Counted from the first letter of the stretch, positions 18,362-27,646 are shown. The stretch: 64,000 nt of DNA from Alphaproteobacteria bacterium (GCA_965216755.1 CBDCGL010000011.1:608001-672000), one strand, 5' to 3'. Notes: a model not told the origin generated them from the letters alone. Translations and numbers: made by a program.

Positions 18362-19129
18362 TCACGGCAGCATGACCAACCCACCGGACGCGACATAGGT
18401 TTGACCGGTCGTGAAGCTCGCGCGTTCGCTCAGCAAGAAATGTACGAGTTCGGCGATTTCTTCCGGCTGGCCGGCCCGGTTCAGCGGCGTCGCTGCATTG
18501 ATTTGCCGGCGCGCCGCCTCCGTGACATCGGCGGTCATGTCCGTCTCAATGAGGCCCGGTGCCACACAATTGACCCGAATATCGGGGCCCAGGGCCTTTG
18601 CACAGTTGCGTACGAAACCAATCACCGCGGCCTTGGATGTGCCGTAGGCGATCAAGCGGCCGTGCGAGATCATGTTCGGTACAAGACCGTTGATCGACGA
18701 AACGCAGACAATGCGGCCAAATCCGCGTTCGGCCATCTTGTCCTTGGCGCGCCAAACCGGATAAAACGTGCCGTCGACATTGACTGTCATTATCTCGTGC
18801 CAAATGTCATCGGACATGTCGGTTTTATCGCCCGATCGGGCGATGCCTGCGTTCGTGACCAACAGATCGACCGGGCCCAAGTCGCGCTCGATGTTGTCGA
18901 ACATGGCGTCATTTTGTGCCCGATCCGAGACGTTGGCCTGGTAGATTTCGCACTCGGCGCCGGATTTGACCACAATTGCGCGTGTTTCCTCGGCAGCGGC
19001 TCGGTTGGCGACATAGTTGATGGCGATTCGTGCTTGAGACTGGGCCAGCCGTTTGCAAATGGCGCGCCCAATACCGCGAGAGCCGCCGGTGACCAATGCG
19101 GTGCGATTTTCGAATTCTTTCCCGTCCAT
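18362..19129 (-). CDS. Short-chain dehydrogenase/reductase (FabG-like)
   Basis: TGGSRGIG, TNAG, YGTSK (YxxxK), VNCVAPGLIETDMT. Confidence 0.92.
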   Translation of the reverse strand: MDGKEFENRTALVTGGSRGIGRAICKRLAQSQARIAINYVANRAAAEETRAIVVKSGAECEIYQANVSDRAQNDAMFDNIERDLGPVDLLVTNAGIARSGDKTDMSDDIWHEIMTVNVDGTFYPVWRAKDKMAERGFGRIVCVSSINGLVPNMISHGRLIAYGTSKAAVIGFVRNCAKALGPDIRVNCVAPGLIETDMTADVTEAARRQINAATPLNRAGQPEEIAELVHFLLSERASFTTGQTYVASGGLVMLP

Positions 19130-19289
19130 ATCGCGCTATCCTCGAATCACGTTGTAGAAGTGCGGACACTGAACGGTCCGTTGCCAGCTTGCAATGTTGG
19201 ATCATCCGCCGCTGGGGTTTGCGGCAATCGCCCGGCGCCTGGCAACGGTCTCGATACCTGCATTTCCGCAGTACGCAGGGAGGAACGGA

Positions 19290-19565
19290 ATGAAGCACTT
19301 ATTGTTGATTGTCGCGGCGATGGTATTCACGGCGATCGCCGCATCCGCGATGGCGCAAGACGCGGACTATCCGATCGAAGCTTTCGAGGCCATGGCGCAA
19401 TGCGCGACAAACCCGGCGTGCCAATTGAAAGGTGAAGACAGACTCAGTGACTCGGTCGAAAGCGCCGCGGAAGTTACCTATACCGGAATATGCATGAGTG
19501 GATGTTGGACCGTGTGTAGCGCTGACGACTGCTGGTGCGAAGTGGACCCAAAATGTGAGCGGTGA
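19290..19565 (+). CDS. Small secreted cysteine-rich protein (91 aa, 8 Cys)
   Basis: GGGAGG RBS, Sec signal peptide MKHLLLIVAAMVFTAIAASAMA|Q, acidic mature region; fills an otherwise empty gap. Confidence 0.8.
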   Translation: MKHLLLIVAAMVFTAIAASAMAQDADYPIEAFEAMAQCATNPACQLKGEDRLSDSVESAAEVTYTGICMSGCWTVCSADDCWCEVDPKCER

Positions 19566-19640
19566 CGGCGCTTGTACGTTGAATTGTCGGTCAAGTCTTA
19601 AGTGGATTGTCGGTTCAATGCCGGTAATCGGGCATTGTCG

Positions 19641-20300
19641 ATGAATATTGCAGCGGACGCCTTTCGTGAATGGCTGGCGCCGCTGCCCCTTATCGCCATC
19701 TTGCGTGGTGTGAAACCGAGCGAAGTCGCCGAAGTCGGGGCGGCGTTGATCGACAACGGCTTCCGTGCCATCGAAGTACCGCTCAATTCGCCAGATCCGT
19801 ATCAAAGCATCGGCATTCTTTGTGACAAGTTTGGAGATCGCGCCCTGATCGGGGCGGGGACCGTACGTGATATTGCCGAAATCACTGATGTTGCCGCCGC
19901 CGGCGCCGCGTTGATCGTCATGCCTCACTGCAACGCGGACTTGATCGACGCGACCAAGCGTGCAGGGTTGGCGTGCGTTCCGGGTGTCGCGACGCCAAGC
20001 GAGGGGTTCGCCGCGCTGTCAGCTGGTGCTGACGCCCTAAAGTTGTTCCCAGGCGAGGCCATAGGGCCCGCCATTGTCAAGGCATGGTGCGCAGTGTTTC
20101 CAACCGATACTTGGCTGCTGCCAGTCGGCGGCATTTCACCGGACCGGCTAGAGCCCTATCTTCGTGCTGGCGCGAAAGGATTTGGTATCGGTTCAGCGCT
20201 CTATCGTCCGGGTATCAGCGCGAATGCCCTGAACGCAAATGCGGCACGTTTCTCTGCGACTTATGCCGGTCTTGGCGGTGGTGCCGACGGCTGTCCCTAA
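19641..20300 (+). CDS. dgoA: 2-dehydro-3-deoxy-6-phosphogalactonate aldolase
   Basis: PLIAILRG, IEVPLNSP.P, IGAGTV, LIVMPH, LKLFP, LPVGG, GFGIGSALY. Confidence 0.9.
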   Translation: MNIAADAFREWLAPLPLIAILRGVKPSEVAEVGAALIDNGFRAIEVPLNSPDPYQSIGILCDKFGDRALIGAGTVRDIAEITDVAAAGAALIVMPHCNADLIDATKRAGLACVPGVATPSEGFAALSAGADALKLFPGEAIGPAIVKAWCAVFPTDTWLLPVGGISPDRLEPYLRAGAKGFGIGSALYRPGISANALNANAARFSATYAGLGGGADGCP

Positions 20301-20394
20301 CCGCACTGGCGGCGGCGGGCAACGGAATGTTATCCAACTTGCGTTATCTGGGCGTGGTCCATAACGTAGCGCGCACACTTAACAATAGGCACCA

Positions 20395-21249
20395 ATGAAC
20401 GCCATGCCCCCATTCGCCCGTCTCCTGAGGCCCCTTGGATTCGTCCCTCTCTGGCTCCCGATGGCTCTCGCGCTGACGCCACAACCTGCGTCTGCTGTCG
20501 ATTTGACCACTCATCGCGCTATCTACGACATGCAGATGTTGGCGTCGCGTTCCGGTGGCGATCTCGCCGATATCTCTGGAAAGATGTTCATTGAGTGGCT
20601 GGACGCTTGCGATGGCTGGACCGTCACACAACGGGTGACGATGTTGTTTGTCCCGCGTGAGGGAGAGCCTTTTGAAAACGACTTCAGCTTTTCAAGTTGG
20701 GAGTCAAAGGACGGCAAGCAGTTCCGCTATGCGCTCAAGACAATGACGAATGGCGATATTACGGAAGAGGTCGACGGACGCGCCGATCTGAACCCGGAAG
20801 GTGGCGGAACCGCAAATTTCGTAATGCCTGATGAGCCGCCTCTGGCGTTGCCCGAGGGGACGGTTTTTCCGACCGAACATCTCTTCATGACCGTTGATCA
20901 GGCGATCGCGGGCAAGCGCATGCTCGCGCGCAATGTATTTAGCGGGACGGGTCCCGATAGCCTGAACCAAGTGACGGCCTTTATTGGGCGCGAGATTGCA
21001 CCCAATGCGCGGCCTTTGATCGGGCCGGAAGAAAGAGAACAAGCCATACTGGATTTAGGAAAACTGAAATCTTGGCAGGTCGATTTGGCGTATTTCCCGA
21101 TCGAAGGCGATGATGTCGAGCCCGAATTCGAAGTCCACTATCGCATTATGGAAAACGGCGTCGCGTCACATCTCGACCTGGACTATGGGGAATTCGCTAT
21201 TCGCGCGGTGTTGCAGCATTTGGAACTGCTGTCACCTGGCACGTGCTGA
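20395..21249 (+). CDS. eipB: Cell-envelope integrity protein EipB (DUF1849)
   Basis: Signal peptide, HRAIYD, ACDGW, SWESKDG..FRY, VFPTEH, ENGV...L.LDYG.F, C-terminal Cys. Confidence 0.88.
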   Translation: MNAMPPFARLLRPLGFVPLWLPMALALTPQPASAVDLTTHRAIYDMQMLASRSGGDLADISGKMFIEWLDACDGWTVTQRVTMLFVPREGEPFENDFSFSSWESKDGKQFRYALKTMTNGDITEEVDGRADLNPEGGGTANFVMPDEPPLALPEGTVFPTEHLFMTVDQAIAGKRMLARNVFSGTGPDSLNQVTAFIGREIAPNARPLIGPEEREQAILDLGKLKSWQVDLAYFPIEGDDVEPEFEVHYRIMENGVASHLDLDYGEFAIRAVLQHLELLSPGTC

Positions 21250-22470
21250 TTTTTGATCGGTCGCCGAGACAAACGGTTCTTCATCTTCAGGGTTGAATTC
21301 TAATAGGTCGGGTGGGTCGGCGTCATTCGTGTCGGTCAGCCGACCGGCACCGATACCAATCAATCGATAGTAGGTTCCATCGACTTCCTTCTTCAGAAGC
21401 GACGCGGCGGCTTGATGCAGAACTTCCGCGCGCTGGGTGGGGGTTGACAATGTTGTGCTGCGCGTTCGTAGCTGAAAATTGGCTGATTTGAGCTTCAGCA
21501 CCACGGATACCGTCGCCGCCTTGGCCCGTTGCAGACGCCGCGCAACATGATCGCATAGTTCGCGTGCTGCGGCGTTAAGCGCATCGAAATCGCCAATATC
21601 GTTTCGAAAAGTGGTTTCGGATGAGACGCTTTTGCGCGCGCTACGTGCGTGCACGTGGCGCCCGTCTTCGCCGGCCGCAAAGCTGGCCAATCGCCCGCCC
21701 ATGCTGCCGTAGCGCATGCTCAGTGTTTCCGCGTCCACCCCTTGTAGCTGGCCGATCGTGTTGATGCCGTCGCGCGCCAGGCGCCGCGCGAAAGAGGGGC
21801 CGACACCAGACAAGCGCGCGACTGGCAGTGGCGCAAGAAATGCCCGTGCTTCGCCACGGCCGACCACCGCAAAGCCGCGGGGTTTGTCCATGTCTGAGGC
21901 GAGCTTGGCAAGGAATTTGTTATAGCTGAGTCCGATCGATACCGTGATGCCGACATCGCTTTCGATGTTGCGCGCGAGCTCGACCAGCAATCTGGATGGG
22001 CTCTTGCCGTGATCCGCATGCGCGTCCCTCATATCCAAATAGGCTTCGTCGATCGACATGGGCTGCACGGCTGACGAAACCTGTTCCATCATGGCACGAA
22101 CTTGCCGACCAACTTCTTGATAGCGCTTCATGTCGGGCCTGACGACCGTGGCATCGGGACACGCTTCCAGCGCCTTGAACATGGGCATTGCCGAATGGAT
22201 GCCATACATGCGCGCGATGTAGCAGGCGGTGCTGACTACGCCGCGGCGGCCGCCGCCGACGATCACGGGCTTGTCGACTAGGTCCGGGTTGTCACGCTTC
22301 TCCACCGCCGCGTAGAACGCGTCACAGTCTAGATGCGCGATTGCCAGCCTATCCAGTTCCTCGTGACGCAGAAGCCGTGGACTACCGCATGCCGGGCAGC
22401 GATGGGCGTCATCAACTTTCACCGACGCGGCGCAATCGCGGCACAATCCGGAAAGCGCTGTGTTCATCAT
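21232..22470 (-). CDS. dinB: DNA polymerase IV with N-terminal Zn-ribbon
   Basis: HLDCDAFYAAVEKRD, STACYIAR, SIDEAYLD, KLASDMDKP; N-terminal CRDC...CPAC; ATGA overlap with the ROK gene. Confidence 0.95.
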   Translation of the reverse strand: MMNTALSGLCRDCAASVKVDDAHRCPACGSPRLLRHEELDRLAIAHLDCDAFYAAVEKRDNPDLVDKPVIVGGGRRGVVSTACYIARMYGIHSAMPMFKALEACPDATVVRPDMKRYQEVGRQVRAMMEQVSSAVQPMSIDEAYLDMRDAHADHGKSPSRLLVELARNIESDVGITVSIGLSYNKFLAKLASDMDKPRGFAVVGRGEARAFLAPLPVARLSGVGPSFARRLARDGINTIGQLQGVDAETLSMRYGSMGGRLASFAAGEDGRHVHARSARKSVSSETTFRNDIGDFDALNAAARELCDHVARRLQRAKAATVSVVLKLKSANFQLRTRSTTLSTPTQRAEVLHQAAASLLKKEVDGTYYRLIGIGAGRLTDTNDADPPDLLEFNPEDEEPFVSATDQKSARAR

Positions 22471-23381
22471 TTCTGAGCTGGCCACAGCCAAGCCGCGCCG
22501 CGGACACCACTCGAGTCGCCGTGGCGGTTGTGGAGCAACTTCGTGACCACTGTGTCGGAGAAAACATATGGCTGCCACCGGGGAGGTACTGAGGCATACA
22601 GGCGTTCGATATTCGACAGGCCACCGCCGAGAACGATGCTGTCGGGGTCGACAATGTTGATGACGTGGGCGAGTGCCCGTGCCAAACGATGCTCGTAGCG
22701 GCACAGTGCGTGCTCGGCTTCCGTATCGCCCTCCGTCGCGAGAGCCACAATCTCGATGGCGCTGTGGTGGCGCCCTGAAGCTGTCTCGAAATCTGCGGCC
22801 AGGCCCGGACCTGAGAGGAAGGTTTCGATACAGCCACTGCGGCCGCAATAGCAATCGGGCCCCGGGATCTCCGTGGTTGCTGACGCCATATCCGGCCAGG
22901 GCAAGGGATTGTGGCCCCATTCACCACCGATTGCGTTTGCGCCGGTTAGGGCTTGTCCGGCGACGACAATGCCGCCGCCGACTCCGGTGCCGATGATGAC
23001 GCCAAACGTGACTCCGTCACCCGCGGCGGCACCATCTATGGCTTCCGATAGCGCAAAGCAGTTGGCATCGTTGGCCAGCCGCACGGGGCGCTGCAAGGCG
23101 GCGGCCAAGTCGACGTCCAGTGGTTTTCCGATCAAACACGTTGAGTTGGCATTCTTGATGAGGCCAGTTGACGGCGAGGTCACTCCCGGTGTTGCGAAAC
23201 CAATTGTTGCGGTCGTCCCAATTTCAACTTCAATCGCCGCAACGAGTTGGCAAATAGCGCGGATCGTGGCGTCATAGTCGCCACTGGGTGTGGCCACGCG
23301 CCGGCGCAGGCGGATCGCGCCGTCATCAGCGAGCGCAATCGCCTCGATCTTTGTGCCACCGAGATCAACGCCAATTCTCAT
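22467..23381 (-). CDS. ROK-family sugar kinase (Mak/fructokinase-like)
   Basis: IGVDLGGTKIE, NDANCFALSEA, GTGVGGG, GEWGH, CYCGRSGCIE. Confidence 0.92.
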   Translation of the reverse strand: MRIGVDLGGTKIEAIALADDGAIRLRRRVATPSGDYDATIRAICQLVAAIEVEIGTTATIGFATPGVTSPSTGLIKNANSTCLIGKPLDVDLAAALQRPVRLANDANCFALSEAIDGAAAGDGVTFGVIIGTGVGGGIVVAGQALTGANAIGGEWGHNPLPWPDMASATTEIPGPDCYCGRSGCIETFLSGPGLAADFETASGRHHSAIEIVALATEGDTEAEHALCRYEHRLARALAHVINIVDPDSIVLGGGLSNIERLYASVPPRWQPYVFSDTVVTKLLHNRHGDSSGVRGAAWLWPAQK

Positions 23382-23428
23382 TTCTGAATCACGCTCATAG
23401 CACAGCAAGTCGCGACGTCACCGCCATA

Positions 23429-23444
23429 TGTTCACATTTTGTAC
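23429..23444. promoter_or_regulatory. Candidate alphaproteobacterial LexA (SOS) box upstream of ROK-dinB
   Basis: TGTTC-ACATTT-TGTAC, i.e. GTTC-N7-GTAC, one mismatch from GTTC-N7-GTTC; about 48 bp before the operon start. Confidence 0.55.
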
Positions 23445-23474
23445 CGGATCGGTAGAAATGTCATGTGCCAAATA

Positions 23475-23564
23475 TTTCGGTGACAGTTTACTAAATATAC
23501 TATATATAGATCAGATAAGATACAATACCCTGTATATTGTGTATTTAGTAAACTGTCACCGAAA
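23475..23564. repeat. AT-rich 35-bp inverted repeat (REP/MITE-like)
   Basis: TTTCGGTGACAGTTTACTAAATA perfect 23-bp arm, 32/35 over the full arm; followed by extra CACCGAAAC copies. Confidence 0.9.
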
Positions 23565-23595
23565 CCACCGAAACACAAGCTCACCGAAACGCGAG

Positions 23596-24534
23596 CTAGG
23601 CGGTAACCACCCGATTGCGGCCGGCATGTTTGGCGTCGTACAGGGCCTTGTCGGCACGGGTCAACGCGTCTTCGGGCTTGGCATCGTCGCGTCTGAGTTC
23701 GGTAACGCCAAAACTCGCGGTGATCGCAATCGACTCACCGCCACTTGGGATTGGCGCCTGCGCCAATGCGGCACGGATCCGCTCGGCCACATCTGCCGCC
23801 GCTGCCGCCGCCGTTTCGGGTAACAAAATCGCAAATTCTTCGCCGCCGATCCGAGCGGGAACATCGACCGTGCGCAGCTGCGCCCCACAGATTTGTGCCA
23901 GCGCGCGCAACACATCATCTCCGGCCGCGTGACCAAATTGATCGTTCACGTTCTTGAAATGGTCCAAATCGAGCGATATCGCCGATAGCTGGTGAATGTA
24001 GCGACGACTGCGGTCGAACTCGTAACTGAGTTTGTCAAAAAACGCGCGCCGATTGGCGATACCGGTTAACGGATCGGTCATCGATAATTCCAAAAGGCTT
24101 TGCTCAAGCTTTTTCTGTTCCGTTATGTCGCGTTCGATGGCGGCATAGTGCGTCACTTTGCCGGCACCATCCTGCAATGGAATCAGGTTGAGTTCGATCC
24201 AGTATTGTGTGCCGGTCTTACTGTAATTCAACAGTGTCGCGCGTATCGGCTCGTGTCGCATCAGCGCTTCTCGTATGCCGCGTTTGACCTCCGGGTCGGT
24301 GTCTTCGCCTTGAAGCATGCTCGGCGAATTGCCAATGACTTCGTCGGGCGTGTAGCCGGTCAGGGCGGTAAAGGCAGGATTGACGTAGATGATCCTAGGG
24401 CCCGCCCGCCCAGTATCGCTCACCTGGGTAATGATGATGATATCGTTCGCGTTCTCGATGATGCTTTGAAAGAATTTGCGCGCGGTCATGTTGGTGAAGA
24501 GCCGATCATTCAGTGCGCCGGCATCCGTAGACAA
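23596..24534 (-). CDS. PAS-GGDEF diguanylate cyclase
   Basis: PAS/PAC (IIYVNPAF..LTGY...E..G, NYSK.G..YW), DPLTG..NRR, DLDHFK.VND.FGH..GD, RTVD I-site, GGEEF; start may be ATG 24489. Confidence 0.95.
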   Translation of the reverse strand: MSTDAGALNDRLFTNMTARKFFQSIIENANDIIIITQVSDTGRAGPRIIYVNPAFTALTGYTPDEVIGNSPSMLQGEDTDPEVKRGIREALMRHEPIRATLLNYSKTGTQYWIELNLIPLQDGAGKVTHYAAIERDITEQKKLEQSLLELSMTDPLTGIANRRAFFDKLSYEFDRSRRYIHQLSAISLDLDHFKNVNDQFGHAAGDDVLRALAQICGAQLRTVDVPARIGGEEFAILLPETAAAAAADVAERIRAALAQAPIPSGGESIAITASFGVTELRRDDAKPEDALTRADKALYDAKHAGRNRVVTA

Positions 24535-24638
24535 CCAGATTGACTTCGGTCGATTAACATTCTTGTTAACATAGGCCTAGGGCCGAATTGGCCAAGTTCA
24601 AGGCACGATCATGACCTCGGCGTCCCGCGTGCCCGAGG

Positions 24639-25310
24639 TCAGAAGCCGCGTGCGTCCAGATATGCCTCGATCAACCGTCGGGCTCCCGGCCAATCGTCTA
24701 TCCGGTGGTGACAGGCCGGTGCCGGTCCAATTAGTCGCGCCAAGCGCGGGTCGTGGACAAAGTGCAAGCGGAGCACGTACTCCGCATGTTCGGCGACTGA
24801 TTGGTGGTGCGACGGCGAGTCATCCAGGAATATGACCGGCGCGCGCATGTCTGCGGCGAACATCTTGACTGGCGGTCCCTTGGGGCCGTGGCCGGCAACG
24901 AGGGGATAGTCCATGCCATGGCCGGCCAACGCGCGTCGTCGCACTTCACTTTGTTCTGGGGGCACGTTGCTCAATACGACGATCTGTGCGCGTCCGCTCA
25001 GCGTCGCAAGCGCGTCGGATGCGCCGGGCACCGCGGGAATTTCGCCGGTTTTCTCGGCAAAAAACTGCAGCAGAACATCGGTCACCGCCGCCTGGTCCAA
25101 TGCCATGTTGTCAGTTGATCGCTTCACATTGCCGGTAAGGCGATAGCTCGACCAATCGAAGATCAAGTCCTGGGCGTGAAGAAACGTCTCGAATGACGCC
25201 ATGAAGGCCAACAAGACCTCATCGGCATCGCAGACGATCAGCGGCAATTCCGGATCAATAGTAATGTCTTTAATTTCGGCTGCGATGTGGGGCAGGAGCG
25301 GCGCCGTCAT
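24639..25310 (-). CDS. HAD-like conserved alphaproteobacterial protein
   Basis: IVCDADEVL (DxD), VVLSN, GPKG, IFLDDSP motifs. Confidence 0.8.
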   Translation of the reverse strand: MTAPLLPHIAAEIKDITIDPELPLIVCDADEVLLAFMASFETFLHAQDLIFDWSSYRLTGNVKRSTDNMALDQAAVTDVLLQFFAEKTGEIPAVPGASDALATLSGRAQIVVLSNVPPEQSEVRRRALAGHGMDYPLVAGHGPKGPPVKMFAADMRAPVIFLDDSPSHHQSVAEHAEYVLRLHFVHDPRLARLIGPAPACHHRIDDWPGARRLIEAYLDARGF

Positions 25311-25313
25311 CAG

Positions 25314-25586
25314 TCAATCATCCCAACCGGCGTTTGGCAACGCATGGCGTGCCCGAACGACATCCTCTGGCGCCATAGAGAGCTCAGTGGCGCAGGCCGC
25401 AACGCGGTCATCGTCGCCAAGAACGAAGTCGAGGACGCCACTCAAGAAGTCCGGATCATCGATGTGTGCGCGGATACCGGCTTCGTCGATGCCGGACTGC
25501 ATCATGAATGTGCGCAGCATGTCCTGATCGGCGAGCACGTGGCGCAATGTGGCCAGAGCGATTGTGACGGCATCATCGACTCGCAT
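25314..25586 (-). CDS. DUF3572-family protein
   Basis: A.TIAL..L..V.AD...L..F...SG......R....DP.FL.GVLDF.L.DD. Confidence 0.88.
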   Translation of the reverse strand: MRVDDAVTIALATLRHVLADQDMLRTFMMQSGIDEAGIRAHIDDPDFLSGVLDFVLGDDDRVAACATELSMAPEDVVRARHALPNAGWDD

Positions 25587-25659
25587 TCCGGCGGGCATCC
25601 TTGAATATGGCGTGTCTTCAGACGATAACCCATTTCTGGCAATCGAGGGAGCACACGCC

Positions 25660-26157
25660 ATGCAGTTGGCCGGATCCTGCCATTGCGGCGCCGTAACATT
25701 TACGATCGAATCACACACGCCCCATCCCTTCAACCGTTGCTATTGCAACATCTGTCGTAAGACCAATGGCGGCGGCGGCTATGCGATCAATATCATGGGC
25801 GAGACCGACAGCCTGCGAATAACCGGCGCCAACCATGTCACGGTCTATCGCGCCCGTGGCGAACTCGTGGATGGCGGCGCCGACAGCGACGGACTGAGTT
25901 TCATGAGCCGGCATTTCTGCCAGCATTGTGGCAGCGCCTTGTGGTGCAGTGACACCCGCTGGCCTGAATGGGTATGGCCTTTGGCGTCGGCGATCGACAC
26001 GCCCTTGCCACGGCCACCCGAAATTGTCCATTTGATGTTGGCTTCGGCGCCAAAATGGGTCGATGTGCGGCAAGGACCGTCCCACAACCACTTCCAGGGC
26101 TATCCTGACGAATCGATTGCCGATTGGCACCGTCGGCGCGGCCTGGACGTCTCGTAA
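25660..26157 (+). CDS. GFA/CENP-V family Zn-binding protein
   Basis: GSCHCGAV, CYCNICRK, RHFCQHCGSALW; GAGGGA RBS. Confidence 0.92.
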   Translation: MQLAGSCHCGAVTFTIESHTPHPFNRCYCNICRKTNGGGGYAINIMGETDSLRITGANHVTVYRARGELVDGGADSDGLSFMSRHFCQHCGSALWCSDTRWPEWVWPLASAIDTPLPRPPEIVHLMLASAPKWVDVRQGPSHNHFQGYPDESIADWHRRRGLDVS

Positions 26158-26175
26158 CCCGCTGACGGCGGAGTC

Positions 26176-26202
26176 AAAACAGGCGGCAGTTACGCCGCCT
26201 GT
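26176..26202 (-). terminator. Intrinsic terminator after rpmG
   Basis: ACAGGCGGC-N6-GCCGCCTGT stem with a short U-run on the minus strand; lies between convergent GFA and rpmG. Confidence 0.7.
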
Positions 26203-26231
26203 AAGCCCGTTCCCGTTGCGCTGCGCGTCAG

Positions 26232-26399
26232 CTATTTGATCTTGCCTTCCTTAAACAGCACATGCTTGCGCGCGATGGGATCGTATTTCTTGATCTCCAT
26301 TTTGCCGGTTATGTTTCGCGGGTTCTTCTTTGTCACATAGAAGAACCCCGTATCCGCCGTGCTGTTCAGGCGGATCTTAATGCTCGCCGGTTTGGCCAT
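26232..26399 (-). CDS. rpmG: 50S ribosomal protein L33 (55 aa, below the ORF-track cutoff)
   Basis: Manual translation [55 protein letters not shown]. Confidence 0.97.
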   Translation of the reverse strand: MAKPASIKIRLNSTADTGFFYVTKKNPRNITGKMEIKKYDPIARKHVLFKEGKIK

Positions 26400-26467
26400 G
26401 GCCTACCCCTGTCGAATCCGTCGTTGTCATGCACTTAACGGCGACGATAGCGCCGGTCAAGCCGCTG

Positions 26468-27646
26468 TCAAGCGTCGTCAATCGCGCCACGTGCACGCGG
26501 CAGGACAAAGGCAACCGCCAAAAACCCGATAAACGAAACCACCATTGCCAACGCCAGCCCTTGTGGAATCCAAATTCCCATGGCCGCGCCATACGCTGCC
26601 GGGCCGATCATGCTGCCCAAACCATATGACACCGTCATTACCACGTTCATGGCGGCCAAATCCGCGCCACGGAAATGTTGCCCCATCATGACCATCGCGA
26701 GTGTCCACAGGGCCACACCCATCCCACCAATCATGAACAGAATTGCGTAAAGCGCGTAGGCAGTTCCGGATGCCGCCGGCATAAAGAAAGCGCAGATCGC
26801 TGAGATCGCCGCGCAGGTCATGATCAAGCTCTCCCTGTCGATCCTATCCGCCAGCCAGCCGAGTGGCATTTGCAGGGCGATACCGCCCAACACCAATATC
26901 GCAACCAATCGGGCCGCGTGAACTTCGTCCAAGCCGATGCGCAAGCCGTAAATCGGCAGCAGGCCGATCGCACCGGCATCCAAGATTCCGAATGTAAAGG
27001 CGGCGGCAACAGCAATCGGCATGCGACCGATAAGGCCGCGCACGGGCTGCTCGGAGCGCCCTGCAATCGAGGGCGTGACATCGGCGGCGACAATGATCGG
27101 GATTATGGAACACAGCGAAATCAATGCGCCGGTGACGAAGGGCATTGCCCCACTGGTTCCGGTGAGCTCGATGATCACGGGTCCGAGGGCGAACCCAGTC
27201 GCCAGGATAGTGCCGTACAGGCCAATAACTCGGCCGCGCACGCGGTCGTCGGTCACTTCGTTAATCCAAGTCTCGCCGACGATAAACATCACGCCTTCCG
27301 CGCAGCCCAGAACAAAACGCAGTATCATCCAGCCGGCAAAACTGCTGAAAAATGGCATGGCCGCAATAGTGATCGCGGCCGTCGCGATCGACGCCAGCAT
27401 CAGGAAGACCACAGATCTGCGCGCAATCAGGCGCGGCACCACAAGACTAAACAGCAGAATACCGGCAAACTGAGCCATCGTGTTGAGGCCAATCAGCGTG
27501 CTGGAATAGCCCTGGGCTTCCAGGCCGAGCGACAACAGCGGCAAGGTCAGGCCAATGGTCGTACCAAGCGCGCCGATCGAAAAGATCGCGGCGGCGACGC
27601 TGCGAATGGCATCGTTGCGGGGTAGGGGATGGCTCGCCGACATCAC
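26468..27646 (-). CDS. MFS transporter (YcaD-like)
   Basis: About 12 TM helices, ETWINE....RGR..GLY, QMPLGWLADRIDR. Confidence 0.9.
   Translation of the reverse strand: MMSASHPLPRNDAIRSVAAAIFSIGALGTTIGLTLPLLSLGLEAQGYSSTLIGLNTMAQFAGILLFSLVVPRLIARRSVVFLMLASIATAAITIAAMPFFSSFAGWMILRFVLGCAEGVMFIVGETWINEVTDDRVRGRVIGLYGTILATGFALGPVIIELTGTSGAMPFVTGALISLCSIIPIIVAADVTPSIAGRSEQPVRGLIGRMPIAVAAAFTFGILDAGAIGLLPIYGLRIGLDEVHAARLVAILVLGGIALQMPLGWLADRIDRESLIMTCAAISAICAFFMPAASGTAYALYAILFMIGGMGVALWTLAMVMMGQHFRGADLAAMNVVMTVSYGLGSMIGPAAYGAAMGIWIPQGLALAMVVSFIGFLAVAFVLPRARGAIDDA

Noticed and set aside
22471-22920. 150-aa N-terminal extension of DinB in the ORF track (likewise extensions of gatC, ruvX, ridA)
   Set aside because: They overlap neighbouring genes or promoters; internal ATGs match the family N-termini
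24554-24570. TTAA...TTAAC upstream of the PAS-GGDEF gene as a CtrA box
   Set aside because: Spacing is N8 rather than the N7 of the full CtrA consensus
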